The notes beneath the pieces were generated by a model. The model saw only the letters and a program-made list of their open reading frames with translations, ran no database searches and had not been told where the DNA came from. Below are positions 47,704 through 59,307 of a stretch of 64,000 bases of DNA, piece after piece. A program made the position numbers and the translations under genes. Each line of letters opens with the position of its first letter. Position 1 is the first letter of the stretch. The stretch lies in NCBI GenBank assembly GCA_965279035.1, contig OZ257142.1:1344001-1408000 (forward strand), read 5' to 3'. The DNA comes from Bacteroidia bacterium. GTDB taxonomy: Bacteria > Bacteroidota > Bacteroidia > M30B66.

Positions 47704-49872
47704 ATGGTAAAGACCTTTAACCAACTACTAACATGCCTGCTATTGCTGGCTTTATCGGCGACTACTGCGCTTGCACAACCAAAGCGTGTTAAAGAAGCTG
47801 ATCGCCTTTTTAACAACAAAGAATTCTACGAAGCGCTTGATGCCTATAAAAAGGCTTCCGAAAACATTCGAGGAAACAAAGCTTTAAAAGCTGAAGTTAC
47901 TTACAAGCAAGCACTTTGTTACATGGCTTTTAAAGACACTAAAAAAGCAGAGGTGTGGTTTGCTAAGGCCATAAAAGCAAAATATCAAGATCCAACGGCT
48001 GTCCTATTTCTTGCAGATATGATGCGTGAAAATGGTAAATATGACGAGGCATTGGCTGAATACGAAAAGTATATTAAACTTAAACCAGAAGATTCTCGTG
48101 GTGGTTCTGGAGCTGAAAGTTGTAAACTTTCTGTAAAATGGAAAGCATCACCAACGAAACATGAGGTGAGTAATGTTCAACCGTTGAACTCGAAGTTTGA
48201 TGATTTTTCACCTATATATTCTCGTAAGAATTACAAAGAAATTATTTTCACTTCAAGCCGCGAAGGTTCTACAGGTAGCGGAACAGATGGTTGGACAGGT
48301 GAAGCCTTTTCTGATTTATACGAAGCAAAATTGGATAAGAATGGCAAATGGAGCACACCAACTTCATTTAAAGAACCATTGAACTCTAAATACAATGATG
48401 GAGCTGCTGCATTGAATGATAAATTTAGTGTGATGTTCTTTACTCGTTGTTCTTACGATAAAAACAAAATCAAAGGTTGTCAGATTTATACAACTCGTAA
48501 GAAAGGAAATAATTGGGATGAACCAATTCTGTTACCTTTTGCAGCTGATAGCTTTACAGTTGGACATCCTTGGTTGAGTGATGATGAGCAAACTCTTTAT
48601 TTTGCTTCTGATATGTCTGGTGGCCTAGGTGGTCGTGATATTTGGATGGCTAAATTTGATAAAAAAGCTAAAACTTGGGGAAATCCAATCAATTTAGGTC
48701 CTCAAGTGAATACCATTGGAGACGAACTTTATCCTACACTTCGTAACGATTCAACGCTTTATTTTTCTTCTACTGGTTTAGTCGGAATGGGTGGTTTGGA
48801 TTTATTTGAAGCGAAATTCACGAAAGGTAAATGGGGATCAGTATCGAATTTGAAATTCCCTTTAAATTCTGAAGCAGATGATTTCGGAATTATTTTCCAA
48901 GGGAAGCAAGAAAAAGGCTACTTCTCATCTAGTCGTTTAGGTGGACGTGGAGGAAGTGATATCTATGAATTTAGTGTGCCACCCATTTTATTTACTTTAG
49001 GTGGATACGTTTATGATTTCGACAATAAAACCCCAATTGTTGGTGCTAAAGTATCAATGGTAGATAAAGATGGTATGACATACGATGCCATTACTGACCA
49101 AACTGGTTCATACTATTTTGATAATACAAAATTCCGCGAGGATAATACCTATGAACTTGTTTCAAGTGCTACCGACTTTTTGAATGATAAAGGCACAGAA
49201 ACTACAGTTGGTGAAGCAACAGGCAGTGACCACAAAAAGGATTTCTTCTTAAAAACAACCAAAAAAGGTCCAATCAAACTACCTAAAATTGAGTATGATT
49301 TAGGTAAATGGGATCTTCGTCCAGAATCTAAAGATTCATTGAATGGCTTAGTTCAAACTTTAAAAGACAATCCAAATATTACGATTGAATTGATGTCACA
49401 CACCGACTCACGTGATGCTGCAAAAGCAAATATTCTCCTTTCTCAAAAACGTGCTCAATCGGTTGTTGATTATCTAATCGAGCAAAAGATTGATCCATCT
49501 CGATTGACAGCAAAAGGATATGGTGAGACTAAATTGTTGAATCGTTGTAAGGATGGCGTTAAATGTTCAGAAGAAGAACATCAAGTTAACCGTCGTACAG
49601 AATTCAAAATTACAAGTACGACTTTCGTTCCAGCTGTTGGTTCACCGGAATTCAAAGCTCCTAAGATTGAATCTGTAGATGAGGATGCTGAAATAGAAAC
49701 AGATGTTGAAGAGATTAAACGTGATAACCTTCAAGTTGATCCTAAATCAGCTCCAGCTGCTCCTCCTGTAGAACCAGCAGCGCCTTCTAAACCAACACCT
49801 GCGGTAGCACCTGCTCCAACTCCAGCTAAACCAGCTCCAGCACCTGCAGTACCTGCTAAACCCAAAAAATAA
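47704..49872 (+). CDS. PorE-like OmpA-family protein (TPR, PD40 propeller, carboxypeptidase-regulatory-like, OmpA) with Pro/Ala tail
   Basis: TPR, FTSSR/YFASD..GG.GG.D repeats, SHTDSR...NILLSQKRA, GYGE, NRRTEF. Confidence 0.88.
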   Translation: MVKTFNQLLTCLLLLALSATTALAQPKRVKEADRLFNNKEFYEALDAYKKASENIRGNKALKAEVTYKQALCYMAFKDTKKAEVWFAKAIKAKYQDPTAVLFLADMMRENGKYDEALAEYEKYIKLKPEDSRGGSGAESCKLSVKWKASPTKHEVSNVQPLNSKFDDFSPIYSRKNYKEIIFTSSREGSTGSGTDGWTGEAFSDLYEAKLDKNGKWSTPTSFKEPLNSKYNDGAAALNDKFSVMFFTRCSYDKNKIKGCQIYTTRKKGNNWDEPILLPFAADSFTVGHPWLSDDEQTLYFASDMSGGLGGRDIWMAKFDKKAKTWGNPINLGPQVNTIGDELYPTLRNDSTLYFSSTGLVGMGGLDLFEAKFTKGKWGSVSNLKFPLNSEADDFGIIFQGKQEKGYFSSSRLGGRGGSDIYEFSVPPILFTLGGYVYDFDNKTPIVGAKVSMVDKDGMTYDAITDQTGSYYFDNTKFREDNTYELVSSATDFLNDKGTETTVGEATGSDHKKDFFLKTTKKGPIKLPKIEYDLGKWDLRPESKDSLNGLVQTLKDNPNITIELMSHTDSRDAAKANILLSQKRAQSVVDYLIEQKIDPSRLTAKGYGETKLLNRCKDGVKCSEEEHQVNRRTEFKITSTTFVPAVGSPEFKAPKIESVDEDAEIETDVEEIKRDNLQVDPKSAPAAPPVEPAAPSKPTPAVAPAPTPAKPAPAPAVPAKPKK

Positions 49873-49938
49873 ATTTCTTTGAAAATATAATGTTGCAACA
49901 TCCTGCCCCAAACGGCGGGATGTTGTTATTTTGTACCC

Positions 49939-51114
49939 ATGCAAACTAATGATCGTTATGCTGCACGAGGCGTATCTTCGGGAAAAGAAGATGTTCATGC
50001 TGCAATTCGTAATACAGATAAAGGCCTTTTTCCCAAAGCATTTTGTAAAATTATTCCTGATACCTTAACAGGTGATCCTGAATATGCATTGGTAATGCAT
50101 GCTGATGGGGCTGGGACAAAATCATCACTCGCCTATATTTATTGGAAAGAAACAGGGGACATTTCTGTTTGGAAAGGAATAGCTCAGGATGCTTTGGTCA
50201 TGAATACTGATGATCTTTTATGTGTAGGTGCGACGGATCAAATTTTAGTTTCTTCCACTATAGGGCGAAATAAATCAAATATCCCCGGAGAAGTTATTTC
50301 AGCTATCATCCAAGCTAATCAAGAACTATGTGATTGGTTTAGTTCTTTGGGAATACAAGTTCATTTAACTGGTGGAGAAACGGCCGATGTAGGTGATATC
50401 GTTCGCACTTTAATAGTTGATTCTACAGTTGTTGCCCGTATCAAACGAAGTGATATCATTGATAATAGCCGCATAAAAGCTGGTGATGTAATAGTAGGAT
50501 TGTCGTCTTTTGGACAAGCAAGCTATGAAGATCATTACAACGGTGGAATGGGCAGTAATGGCTTGACTTCAGCCCGCCACGATGTGTTCTCATCCATTTA
50601 CCGTTCTAAGTACCCTGAAAGCTATAATCCGGAAGTCCCTGAAGAATTAGTTTATAGCGGCAAGTACCTACTTACCGATCAGGTACCAAGCTTATCGGTT
50701 AATTATGGACAATTGGTGTTATCACCTACTCGAACGTATGCACCAATCATAAAAGAAATACTTAGAAATTATAGAAATCAAATTCATGGAATGGTTCATT
50801 GTAGTGGTGGTGGTCAAACGAAAGTGTTGCATTTTGTTGAAAATGTTCATGTGATAAAAGATTCTTTATTTGATGTTCCCCCTTTGTTTCAAATCATTCA
50901 AGAAGCCTCTTCTACCGAATGGAAGGAAATGTATCGTGTTTTTAATATGGGACATCGAATGGAATTGTATGTTCCAGCTGAGATAGCTGAAGACTTAATA
51001 CGGATTTCAAAGTCGTTTGATGTCGATGCTAAGATTATAGGTCGAGTTGAAGAATCTGAGATGAAAAAACTTACTATTAAAACCGATCAAGACACCTTTA
51101 TTTATTTGTCTTAA
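49939..51114 (+). CDS. purM: Phosphoribosylformylglycinamidine cyclo-ligase (AIR synthase, Bacteroidota type)
   Basis: [38 protein letters not shown]. Confidence 0.92.
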   Translation: MQTNDRYAARGVSSGKEDVHAAIRNTDKGLFPKAFCKIIPDTLTGDPEYALVMHADGAGTKSSLAYIYWKETGDISVWKGIAQDALVMNTDDLLCVGATDQILVSSTIGRNKSNIPGEVISAIIQANQELCDWFSSLGIQVHLTGGETADVGDIVRTLIVDSTVVARIKRSDIIDNSRIKAGDVIVGLSSFGQASYEDHYNGGMGSNGLTSARHDVFSSIYRSKYPESYNPEVPEELVYSGKYLLTDQVPSLSVNYGQLVLSPTRTYAPIIKEILRNYRNQIHGMVHCSGGGQTKVLHFVENVHVIKDSLFDVPPLFQIIQEASSTEWKEMYRVFNMGHRMELYVPAEIAEDLIRISKSFDVDAKIIGRVEESEMKKLTIKTDQDTFIYLS

Positions 51115-51131
51115 GACTAATTTTGTCATCC

Positions 51132-52223
51132 ATGGAAGAGAATACTTTGCTGCCAAGATTAGAAGCGATCCGAGCACGATATGAAGAAGTTGAGATGCAA
51201 ATCTCTGATCCTGCTGTAATTTCTGATATGGCAAGATTTAAACGATTAAACAAAGAGTATAAAGATTTGCAACCTGTTGTTGAAGGGGCAATTCGATACC
51301 GCAAAATATTAGAAGACCTTAGTTCTGCCAATGAATTAATGTATGCCGATTCTGACGAGGCATTTAGAGCAATGGCTAAAGATGAAATTACATCATTAGA
51401 GGCAGAGCAAATTGCACTCGAAGAATCCATTCGACTTTTGTTAATTCCTAAAGATCCGGAGGATGGTAAAAATGCAGTGCTGGAAATTCGTGCTGGAACA
51501 GGTGGAGATGAGGCGAGTATTTTTGCAGGCGATCTTGCGAGGATGTATATTAAGTTTTGTGAAAATAAAGGATGGAAAGTAGATGTTGTAGATCAAAGTG
51601 ATGGGACTTTAGGTGGTTTTAAGGAGATTGTGATGGAAGTTAGTGGTGATAATGTTTTCGGTGTTCTAAAGTATGAATCAGGTGTTCATCGTGTTCAACG
51701 TGTACCTGCAACTGAAACACAAGGTAGAGTTCATACTTCAGCAGCAACTGTTGTTGTTTTACCTGAAGCTGATGAAGTAGATGTAGTTATCAATCCAGCT
51801 GACCTTGATTTTCAAACGTCTCGTTCAGGAGGTGCTGGTGGTCAGAATGTGAATAAAGTAGAAACCAAAGTGCAACTGACACATAAGCCAACAGGTATCA
51901 TGGTGATGTGTCAAATTGAGCGCTCACAATTGGGAAATAAAATTCGTGCAATGAATATGTTACGTGCTAAATTGTACGATTTAGAACTTACAAAACATAA
52001 CGCAGCGATATCAAAACGCCGTAAAACAATGGTCTCTACAGGCGATCGTTCCGCTAAAATAAGGACGTATAATTATCCGCAAAGTCGAGTAACCGATCAT
52101 CGTATAGGTTATACCATGTATAATTTACCTGCATTTGTTGGTGGAGATATAGAAGAGGTAATTAATGCTTTGCAGGTTGCTGAAAATGCAGAACGAATGA
52201 AAGAAGGGACTGAAATAGCATGA
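51132..52223 (+). CDS. prfA: Peptide chain release factor 1
   Basis: [22 protein letters not shown] (PxT), [17 protein letters not shown]. Confidence 0.97.
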   Translation: MEENTLLPRLEAIRARYEEVEMQISDPAVISDMARFKRLNKEYKDLQPVVEGAIRYRKILEDLSSANELMYADSDEAFRAMAKDEITSLEAEQIALEESIRLLLIPKDPEDGKNAVLEIRAGTGGDEASIFAGDLARMYIKFCENKGWKVDVVDQSDGTLGGFKEIVMEVSGDNVFGVLKYESGVHRVQRVPATETQGRVHTSAATVVVLPEADEVDVVINPADLDFQTSRSGGAGGQNVNKVETKVQLTHKPTGIMVMCQIERSQLGNKIRAMNMLRAKLYDLELTKHNAAISKRRKTMVSTGDRSAKIRTYNYPQSRVTDHRIGYTMYNLPAFVGGDIEEVINALQVAENAERMKEGTEIA

Positions 52224-53035
52224 CACGTTCCGAACTAATAGCATTTATTCGCCATCAAAAGAGTTATTTATGTGTGGGTTTGGATACTGATATTTCCAAA
52301 ATACCATTTCATCTTTTAGAAGAACCAGATCCAGTATTCGCTTTCAATAAAGCGATTATTGATGCTACAAAAGAATTTTGTGTAGCATACAAACCAAATA
52401 TTGCATTTTATGAATCGTTAGGATTGAATGGATGGATCAGTCTTCAAAAGACTCTTGACTATATTCCTTCTACACATTTTACGATTGCGGATGCTAAACG
52501 TGGAGATATAGGAAACACCTCTGCTATGTATGCTAAAACATTCTTTGATACATTTTCATTCGATAGCGTTACTGTTGCTCCCTATATGGGAAATGATTCT
52601 ATTCAACCTTTCCTCGATCGAAAGGATAAATGGACCATATTACTAGCATTAACAAGTAATTCAGGAGCTGATGATTTTGAACAACTTGAAACGAAAACAG
52701 GAGATCGAGTTTATGAGCAAGTGTTGAAAAAAGCGATTGAATGGGGAGATTCAAATCAATTGATGTTTGTTGCAGGAGCTACGCGTGTTGAAGAATTGAA
52801 ACGATTAAGGTTGTTAGTACCTGATCATTTTTTATTAATTCCAGGTGTTGGAGCCCAAGGAGGTAATCTTCAAGAGGTTTCAAATGCTGCATTGACAAAG
52901 GATATAGGGATATTAGTTAATGCTTCACGAAGTATACTCTATGCTTCAGTGGGAGAAGATTTTGCCCAAGCAGCTCAAGGAGAAGCAATGAAAATGCAAC
53001 AAGAAATGCAGTTAATTTTAGAGAACTATAGTTGA
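52220..53035 (+). CDS. pyrF: Orotidine-5'-phosphate decarboxylase
   Basis: [36 protein letters not shown]. Confidence 0.96.
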   Translation: MTRSELIAFIRHQKSYLCVGLDTDISKIPFHLLEEPDPVFAFNKAIIDATKEFCVAYKPNIAFYESLGLNGWISLQKTLDYIPSTHFTIADAKRGDIGNTSAMYAKTFFDTFSFDSVTVAPYMGNDSIQPFLDRKDKWTILLALTSNSGADDFEQLETKTGDRVYEQVLKKAIEWGDSNQLMFVAGATRVEELKRLRLLVPDHFLLIPGVGAQGGNLQEVSNAALTKDIGILVNASRSILYASVGEDFAQAAQGEAMKMQQEMQLILENYS

Positions 53036-53395
53036 TTCAAGCAGTATTTTGAATGGACTGAGTTTGATTCGAAATAGGATTGTAAGCGTTAGGTATAAAC
53101 TTAATGAGAGTAAATATAAATTATTTCCCCAAGCCTTTAATCTTTAATTGCTGTAAATCAGTTTATTAGCCTCGCACACGCGGGGGCCACCGCTAACCTC
53201 CCTCCGATGTTAATATCAACATTTTCTTTGACCTAAGTCGTATATTAAACGTTTATAAACGACTAGTAATCAACACGATTGTTGATAAATCTATGTTAAT
53301 TCTTGTTGAATTTTGCATTGCATGCAACTCTTTTGCTTGAGTTGCAAAATGATTTATTAAAGATTGCTTTCATCTTGAGGTTCTAATATCCTCTT

Positions 53396-54715
53396 ATGAT
53401 TAATGAGCAACTTTTGCATTTTGTATGGAAATTCAAATTGTACCAATCCAACGCATTAGCGCTTGTTTCAGGTGAGTCACTAGAAATTATTTCCCCAGGC
53501 ATTCATCATCAACATGCAGGTCCAGATTTTCAAAATGCTCGAGTTCGAGTTGGGAATACACTTTGGGCTGGGAATGTAGAAATTCATTGTCGTTCTTCAG
53601 ATTGGTATCGTCATAAGCATGAAAATGATGCAGCCTATCATACCATTATTTTGCATGTTGTTGCCATTCATGATATGGATGTGTTTGATTTGAATGGCCA
53701 AGTAATTCCTGTATTGGAGCTTCAAGGATTCATGAAAAAATCCATGTTGCAACGTTGGAATGATTTGTCAAACAGCTTATTTGCGATTCCATGTTCTGCT
53801 TTAGGAAGGCCAGATGTTATTACGATGCAGAATTGGTTAGATCGACTAGTTACTGAGCGCTTAGAAGAAAAGGCATTACGTATTCGTCAACTTTTAATTC
53901 TTACTAAAAATGATTGGACTGAAACTTTGTATTGTTTCATTTTCAGATCTGTGGGAATGCAATTGAATGCCGTTCCTTTTGAATTATTAGCTCGATCCAT
54001 TCCATATCGTGTATTATTAAATTATAATCAAAGCCAATTTCAACTAGAAGCCTTGTTATATGGACAAAGCGGGCTTTTACATTCAGAACATCATGATGAG
54101 TATCTGCAAGCGCTTTGGAATGAATACCGGTTCTTAGCACGTAAACACAAACTTAAACCAATAGAAAAGCATTTATGGAAATTCCTTCGATTGAGGCCTA
54201 TGAATTTTCCTACAGTGCGAATAGCGCAATTGGCCAATCTAATTAGTAAGCGCACGATTTCTCCTGAAAGCTTTCGGGAAATGAATCAATTGAAAGATTG
54301 GTTGAATTGGTTTGAAATGGAATGTTCCCCTTATTGGGAAGAACATTATGTAATGGATCACTTATCAACTAAGAAGAAAAAGCATTTCGGGAAATCTGCT
54401 AGTCAGAGTTTGCTTATGAATGCTATAGTTCCTTTTTTATTTGTTTATGCTACTCATCGGGGTGATGAAGAGCTTCGTGATCGCGTATTGGAAGTATTGT
54501 ATCAACTACCTCCAGAAAAAAATAGTATTCTCGAAACGTGGAATCAATTTGGAATTCAACCTGATTCTGCCGCTGCTTCTCAGGGTCTCATCCAACTTAA
54601 AACAAACTATTGTGATATGCGCAGATGTCTAGAATGCGCCGTTGGTCATCGTTTGCTTAAAGATGAAAACCGAAGGGAGTCGATTAATTTAAGCGGTAAG
54701 GAACCGACATTTTGA
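53396..54715 (+). CDS. DUF2851 family protein
   Basis: MINEQLLHFVW, AGPDF.NA, GNVEIH, H..D.AY...ILHVV, RP.NFPTVR, C..RRCLECAVG. Confidence 0.85.
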   Translation: MINEQLLHFVWKFKLYQSNALALVSGESLEIISPGIHHQHAGPDFQNARVRVGNTLWAGNVEIHCRSSDWYRHKHENDAAYHTIILHVVAIHDMDVFDLNGQVIPVLELQGFMKKSMLQRWNDLSNSLFAIPCSALGRPDVITMQNWLDRLVTERLEEKALRIRQLLILTKNDWTETLYCFIFRSVGMQLNAVPFELLARSIPYRVLLNYNQSQFQLEALLYGQSGLLHSEHHDEYLQALWNEYRFLARKHKLKPIEKHLWKFLRLRPMNFPTVRIAQLANLISKRTISPESFREMNQLKDWLNWFEMECSPYWEEHYVMDHLSTKKKKHFGKSASQSLLMNAIVPFLFVYATHRGDEELRDRVLEVLYQLPPEKNSILETWNQFGIQPDSAAASQGLIQLKTNYCDMRRCLECAVGHRLLKDENRRESINLSGKEPTF

Positions 54716-55070
54716 ATTCTGGGATGCTCACTTGAAATGATTCACCATCAACTAAACGTTCGAACGTATAATTTCCGAACATCTTACCAAATTCTGATTT
54801 TAAGTTGCATGCAGATTCATATTCATATACTTCACCTGGACGAAGTACTGGCTGTTGTCCAACAACACCTGCTCCATCAACATCACGATGTTCTGAAATA
54901 GAATCTATAATGTTCCAATGACGACGAAGCAATTGTACATCATAATCACCGGTATTCTCAATCTTGATCCTATATGTGAAGAGAAAGTACATCTTCGAAG
55001 GATCTGAATACAGTTCTTGAAACTTTGTTTCTACTGTAACCCGAATGTCATTTGTAACTAGTGTGATCAT
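54684..55070 (-). CDS. apaG: ApaG (Co2+/Mg2+ efflux-associated protein)
   Basis: YRIKIEN, QLLRRHW.I, V.G.GVVGQQPVL.PG, G.M.G.Y. Confidence 0.93.
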   Translation of the reverse strand: MITLVTNDIRVTVETKFQELYSDPSKMYFLFTYRIKIENTGDYDVQLLRRHWNIIDSISEHRDVDGAGVVGQQPVLRPGEVYEYESACNLKSEFGKMFGNYTFERLVDGESFQVSIPEFKMSVPYRLN

Positions 55071-55242
55071 AGCTTGTGTGTTTTGTTGAGACAATGTTAG
55101 GCACAAATCATCATACAAAACAAATTGGCATCCTCTGAACTCCTTGGTAGACGCGGGTTTTAGTGATTGGTTGTGTCAAAAACCGATTTGACTTTACAAA
55201 TATGCAAAAAATCTTACATCTATTTTACATGCTGATGAAGAT

Positions 55243-56547
55243 TTATTGGTTTCGAATCGAATTGACTTGTCCGACACCAATTAATTCATCATAAACTTCT
55301 GTGTATGGCCTGTAATAAAAGAGAATTTGATAATCATTCTCGGTATTAAAAAAACTTCCTTCTATATAAGATTCATCTCCTTTTCCACCTTTTGTGGACT
55401 GAAATACATAACTGTAATTGTAAATTCCTTGCTTAAGTAAGATACGCGACTTGTAATACTTATTTGGGTAATCGTAAGCAGGTTTGAAAGCCTTGTTGAA
55501 TTGCCAATCGCATAACGAACCGAATAAATAAAGGTTACCATTTACAACAGGAGCTTCAAATGGAAGTGAAAAATCAACCCAAGTATAGTCGCCATCTACT
55601 TCTGGTTCAGAACCTTCTTGATTTCGAATAAAGAATTTACCATTGGCTTCGGGTAAGGATCTATAAGATGAAAAAGCTCTAACTGGATCATCTAATAATA
55701 CTGTTTCAACCAAAACAGAATCACGAATAATCTTTTTTACTCGATCACTTTGCATTCTTAAACTTCGAATATCAACCCAACGATATTCATTACCTCCCAT
55801 AAAACAATTCGATCCATCGTCATAATCGTAATTCACCGATTGACTATTTACTGAAAACGGTTTCAACCAAATGGCATTATCCCAACGGTTATTTTGTCTT
55901 ATGACAAGTTTTACTGAGCTCGAAGCATTCGTTATATGAATTGAACTAATATCTACAACAGCATCAATCTCTTGATGAGTATCTCTCAGGCTCATCATAG
56001 TTGGTCGTTTAATACGGGCTGCCACCTTTGCCGTAGTTGTATAAACCATGAACCGTTTAGTCAACAATAAATTCTCAGGATCTCCATCTTCATAAACTTT
56101 CAGCAAATAATTCCCACTAAGCAGAATCTTCATGTTATCATTAGGAAACACCAAATTATAATGAATGTATTGTTGGCGTGTATTAAAGGAATACCTGAAA
56201 TCTTGAATCAAATCTTGCTGAAGACCTTGAATTGATCTTGACTTCATCACATTGGAAGGAGTCCAATCGGCATTGCAATGTTCTAATGAATAATACAATT
56301 GACGTTGTACAGGTTCAAGATCATCGAACTGAAGTTGTAATCGAGTATCTGAACCTAACTCTATCATTGGTAATGAGCCATCTGTTCCTAATTGTTGAAT
56401 GAATACGGTTTTGATAGATGGTCTATATATATGATCTTCATAACGTAGAAATTTATCTGAATAATAGTCGGGATCTTGATTGGTTTCTTGTGCTAGAGAA
56501 ATGAGAGTCAGGTTTAGAAACACTAGAATTAAGTATAGTTGTCGCAT
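55243..56547 (-). CDS. DUF5103 protein (T9SS plug-like)
   Basis: Signal peptide; L.FDDL, HCNADW, SGNYLL, QNNRWD, GGNEYR, LKQG.YNY, EG....TENDY. Confidence 0.8.
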   Translation of the reverse strand: MRQLYLILVFLNLTLISLAQETNQDPDYYSDKFLRYEDHIYRPSIKTVFIQQLGTDGSLPMIELGSDTRLQLQFDDLEPVQRQLYYSLEHCNADWTPSNVMKSRSIQGLQQDLIQDFRYSFNTRQQYIHYNLVFPNDNMKILLSGNYLLKVYEDGDPENLLLTKRFMVYTTTAKVAARIKRPTMMSLRDTHQEIDAVVDISSIHITNASSSVKLVIRQNNRWDNAIWLKPFSVNSQSVNYDYDDGSNCFMGGNEYRWVDIRSLRMQSDRVKKIIRDSVLVETVLLDDPVRAFSSYRSLPEANGKFFIRNQEGSEPEVDGDYTWVDFSLPFEAPVVNGNLYLFGSLCDWQFNKAFKPAYDYPNKYYKSRILLKQGIYNYSYVFQSTKGGKGDESYIEGSFFNTENDYQILFYYRPYTEVYDELIGVGQVNSIRNQ

Positions 56548-56615
56548 TCGAAAAAGCTTTGATGCGAATATACAGTGTATGCTTTCAGCAATTTCTGATT
56601 ATGCATATTTGCATC

Positions 56616-58745
56616 ATGAAAATGCTAGAACAACTTGCTTCACTTACTGGAATTTCAATAAAACAGCTACAATGTGTCATCGAACTTTTCGAAAACGGAA
56701 GTACGATACCTTTCATTGCTCGCTATAGAAAAGAAATGACAGGTGGTTTGGATGAAGTTCAACTTGAAACGATTCAAGAAAGCTGGCAGCAATGGTTGAA
56801 ATTAGAAGATCGAAGAAATGCCATGATTTCTTCACTTACAGAACGAAACATCTTAACCACTGAGCTGAAAAGCTTGCTCGAGAATGCGAAAACAATTCAA
56901 GATGCAGAAGATATCTATCTTCCATACCGACCAAAGCGTAGAACTAAAGCTACAATTGCCAGAGAAAATGGTTTGGAGCCTTTAGCTAAAATGATCATGA
57001 GTCAAGGGAATGATGATACCTATCGCATGGCAAAACGATTCATTAACAAGGTTGTTTTGGATGAAGATGCTGCGCTACAAGGAGCTCGGGATATTATTGC
57101 AGAATGGATTAGTGATCATGTTGGGGCGCGTCAAACATTGAGGCAACAATTTGAACGTCATGCTACTTTGAATTGTAAAATTCAAAAGGAGAAAGAAGAA
57201 AGTGGTATGAAGTATCGAGATTACTTTAATTTCTCAGAATCACTTTCACGAATTCCTTCTCACCGTTTTATGGCTGTGATGCGAGGTGTTTCTGAAGGTT
57301 TTTTAACTATTTCTGCTTTACCAGAAGAAGATATAGCACTTGAGAAATTGAGTCGAATTTTTGTACGTTCAAAATCTGAAAGCTCAATCCAAGTTGAAAA
57401 GGCGTTGAAAGATAGTTACAAGCGCTTAATAGCTCCATCTCTTGAAAATGAAGTGCTCAGTATTATAAAGGAGAAATCCGATAAACAAGCAGTTCAGATT
57501 TTTGCAGAAAATTTACGTCAACTTCTTATGGGCGCACCTTTGGGAGAAAAACGGATCTTGGGAATTGATCCAGGCTTTCGATCTGGATGTAAATTGGTTT
57601 GTTTAGATGAAAATGGTGCCTTACTTCATAATGAAACTATTTATCCTCATGCTCCTCAGCAACAGGAAAAACAAGCCATGGCAAAAATTTCGTCCTTAGT
57701 TGCTGCTTATAATATTGATGCAATTGCTGTTGGAAATGGAACAGCTGGGAGAGAGACTGAACAAATCCTTCAGCGTATGCGATTTGAAAAACCAGTTCAA
57801 GTATTTGTTGTAAGTGAAAGCGGAGCTTCTGTTTATTCAGCTTCTAAAATTGCTCGGGATGAATTTCCTCAATATGACGTTACTGTTCGTGGTGCCGTTA
57901 GTATTGGTCGTCGTTTACAAGATCCTTTAGCTGAACTTGTAAAGATTGATCCCAAAAGCATTGGCGTTGGTCAGTATCAACATGATATAGATCAGAAATT
58001 ATTAGGTGATCGTTTAAGTAATGTTGTGTTGAGTTGTGTGAATCAAGTTGGGGTGAATGTGAATATTGCTAGTGCACATTTGCTAACATATATTTCAGGT
58101 TTAGGCCCAATGCTCGCAACAAACATTGTTGAATATAGAAACGCACAAGGTCCATTTCAAAAGCGTTCCGACTTGAAGAAGGTTCCTCGTTTAGGAGAAA
58201 AAGCGTTTGAACAATCAGCTGGTTTTTTAAGAATTGAAGGGAGCGAAAATCCTTTAGATAATAGTGCTGTTCATCCAGAGCGATATGCATTAGTTGCTCG
58301 CATGGCGAAAGATGTTGGATTGAGTTTACATGAGATTGTTGGGAAAAAAGATTTAAGAAAAGTAATTCAACCAGAACGATACGTTAGTGAAGGGGTAGGG
58401 ATGCCAACTTTAGAGGATATTTTAATCGAATTAGAAAAGCCAGGCAGAGATCCTAGGAAACAAGCGAAAGTGCTCGTATTCGATCCTTCTGTAAGTAAGC
58501 CGGATGATTTAATTCCTGGGATGATTCTTCCCGGAATTGTAACGAACATCACGGCATTTGGTGCTTTTGTGGATGTTGGTGTTAAGCAAGATGGGCTTGT
58601 TCACGTTTCTCAAATGGCCGATCGATTTATTAGTGATCCAATGGAAATTGTTAAACTCCATCAACATGTTCAAGTAAAAGTGATGGAAGTAGATTTAGCC
58701 AGAAAAAGAATCGCCTTCTCCATGAAAGGAATTCCAAGCACATAG
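56616..58745 (+). CDS. Tex family RNA-binding transcription accessory protein
   Basis: TIPFIARYRKE.TG.LDE, GIDPGFRSGCK, ESGASVYSAS, GVGQYQHD, C-terminal S1 domain. Confidence 0.95.
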   Translation: MKMLEQLASLTGISIKQLQCVIELFENGSTIPFIARYRKEMTGGLDEVQLETIQESWQQWLKLEDRRNAMISSLTERNILTTELKSLLENAKTIQDAEDIYLPYRPKRRTKATIARENGLEPLAKMIMSQGNDDTYRMAKRFINKVVLDEDAALQGARDIIAEWISDHVGARQTLRQQFERHATLNCKIQKEKEESGMKYRDYFNFSESLSRIPSHRFMAVMRGVSEGFLTISALPEEDIALEKLSRIFVRSKSESSIQVEKALKDSYKRLIAPSLENEVLSIIKEKSDKQAVQIFAENLRQLLMGAPLGEKRILGIDPGFRSGCKLVCLDENGALLHNETIYPHAPQQQEKQAMAKISSLVAAYNIDAIAVGNGTAGRETEQILQRMRFEKPVQVFVVSESGASVYSASKIARDEFPQYDVTVRGAVSIGRRLQDPLAELVKIDPKSIGVGQYQHDIDQKLLGDRLSNVVLSCVNQVGVNVNIASAHLLTYISGLGPMLATNIVEYRNAQGPFQKRSDLKKVPRLGEKAFEQSAGFLRIEGSENPLDNSAVHPERYALVARMAKDVGLSLHEIVGKKDLRKVIQPERYVSEGVGMPTLEDILIELEKPGRDPRKQAKVLVFDPSVSKPDDLIPGMILPGIVTNITAFGAFVDVGVKQDGLVHVSQMADRFISDPMEIVKLHQHVQVKVMEVDLARKRIAFSMKGIPST

Positions 58746-58793
58746 ATTTCCAAATCCTTGAACAAAATCAACCATTTTGCGTTCCTAGCAACC

Positions 58794-59246
58794 ATGCAAG
58801 AAGAGCAACCATTCATCAATCCGATTGATCCGGATAAAGTAGCCCAAAATCCAGGATTATTGCCCTATGCTCATACCTTAAGCAGCGGTGTAATTAAACC
58901 TGATGATTTAGGTAAGATAAAAAGTAATGCTCTGCTTGCTATGGAGCAACAAACTGAAATGCAATTGAATCAGTTGCAACAACAAATACAATTGCTCTAT
59001 AATCAAGCACAAGAGATAAAATCAAGAACAGAAATATCTGTTTGGATTTACCAATCGGATATGGGATTTGATCCTCTAGTTGGGCATACGTACCACCTCT
59101 ATGAGAAAGATGATGGAAAGCATTTTCTTTCCATGGTTGCTCCAACTGAATGGGGCAGAAGCAAGAAATTTAAACGCTTCATAGCCAGTGTTCGTTTACT
59201 AGCCGATCACACTTGGGATGTTATTTCTAAAGGTGAAAACCCTTAG
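58794..59246 (+). CDS. DUF2452 family protein
   Basis: NPGLLPYAH, F.P.VG.TYHLY, LSMVAP.EW, LLADHTW. Confidence 0.75.
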   Translation: MQEEQPFINPIDPDKVAQNPGLLPYAHTLSSGVIKPDDLGKIKSNALLAMEQQTEMQLNQLQQQIQLLYNQAQEIKSRTEISVWIYQSDMGFDPLVGHTYHLYEKDDGKHFLSMVAPTEWGRSKKFKRFIASVRLLADHTWDVISKGENP

Positions 59247-59267
59247 TCGAACATCTAAGTTTGAATA

Positions 59268-59301
59268 AAAACGGATGTATTAAAATCAATACATCCGTTT
59301 T
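59268..59301. terminator. Bidirectional terminator between convergent genes
   Basis: AAAACGGATGTATT-N6-AATACATCCGTTTT. Confidence 0.8.
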
Positions 59302-59307
59302 AGAAAA

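Noticed and set aside
49740-49872. Pro/Ala-rich repeat as a DNA repeat element
   Set aside because: Low-complexity coding tail of the OmpA-family protein.
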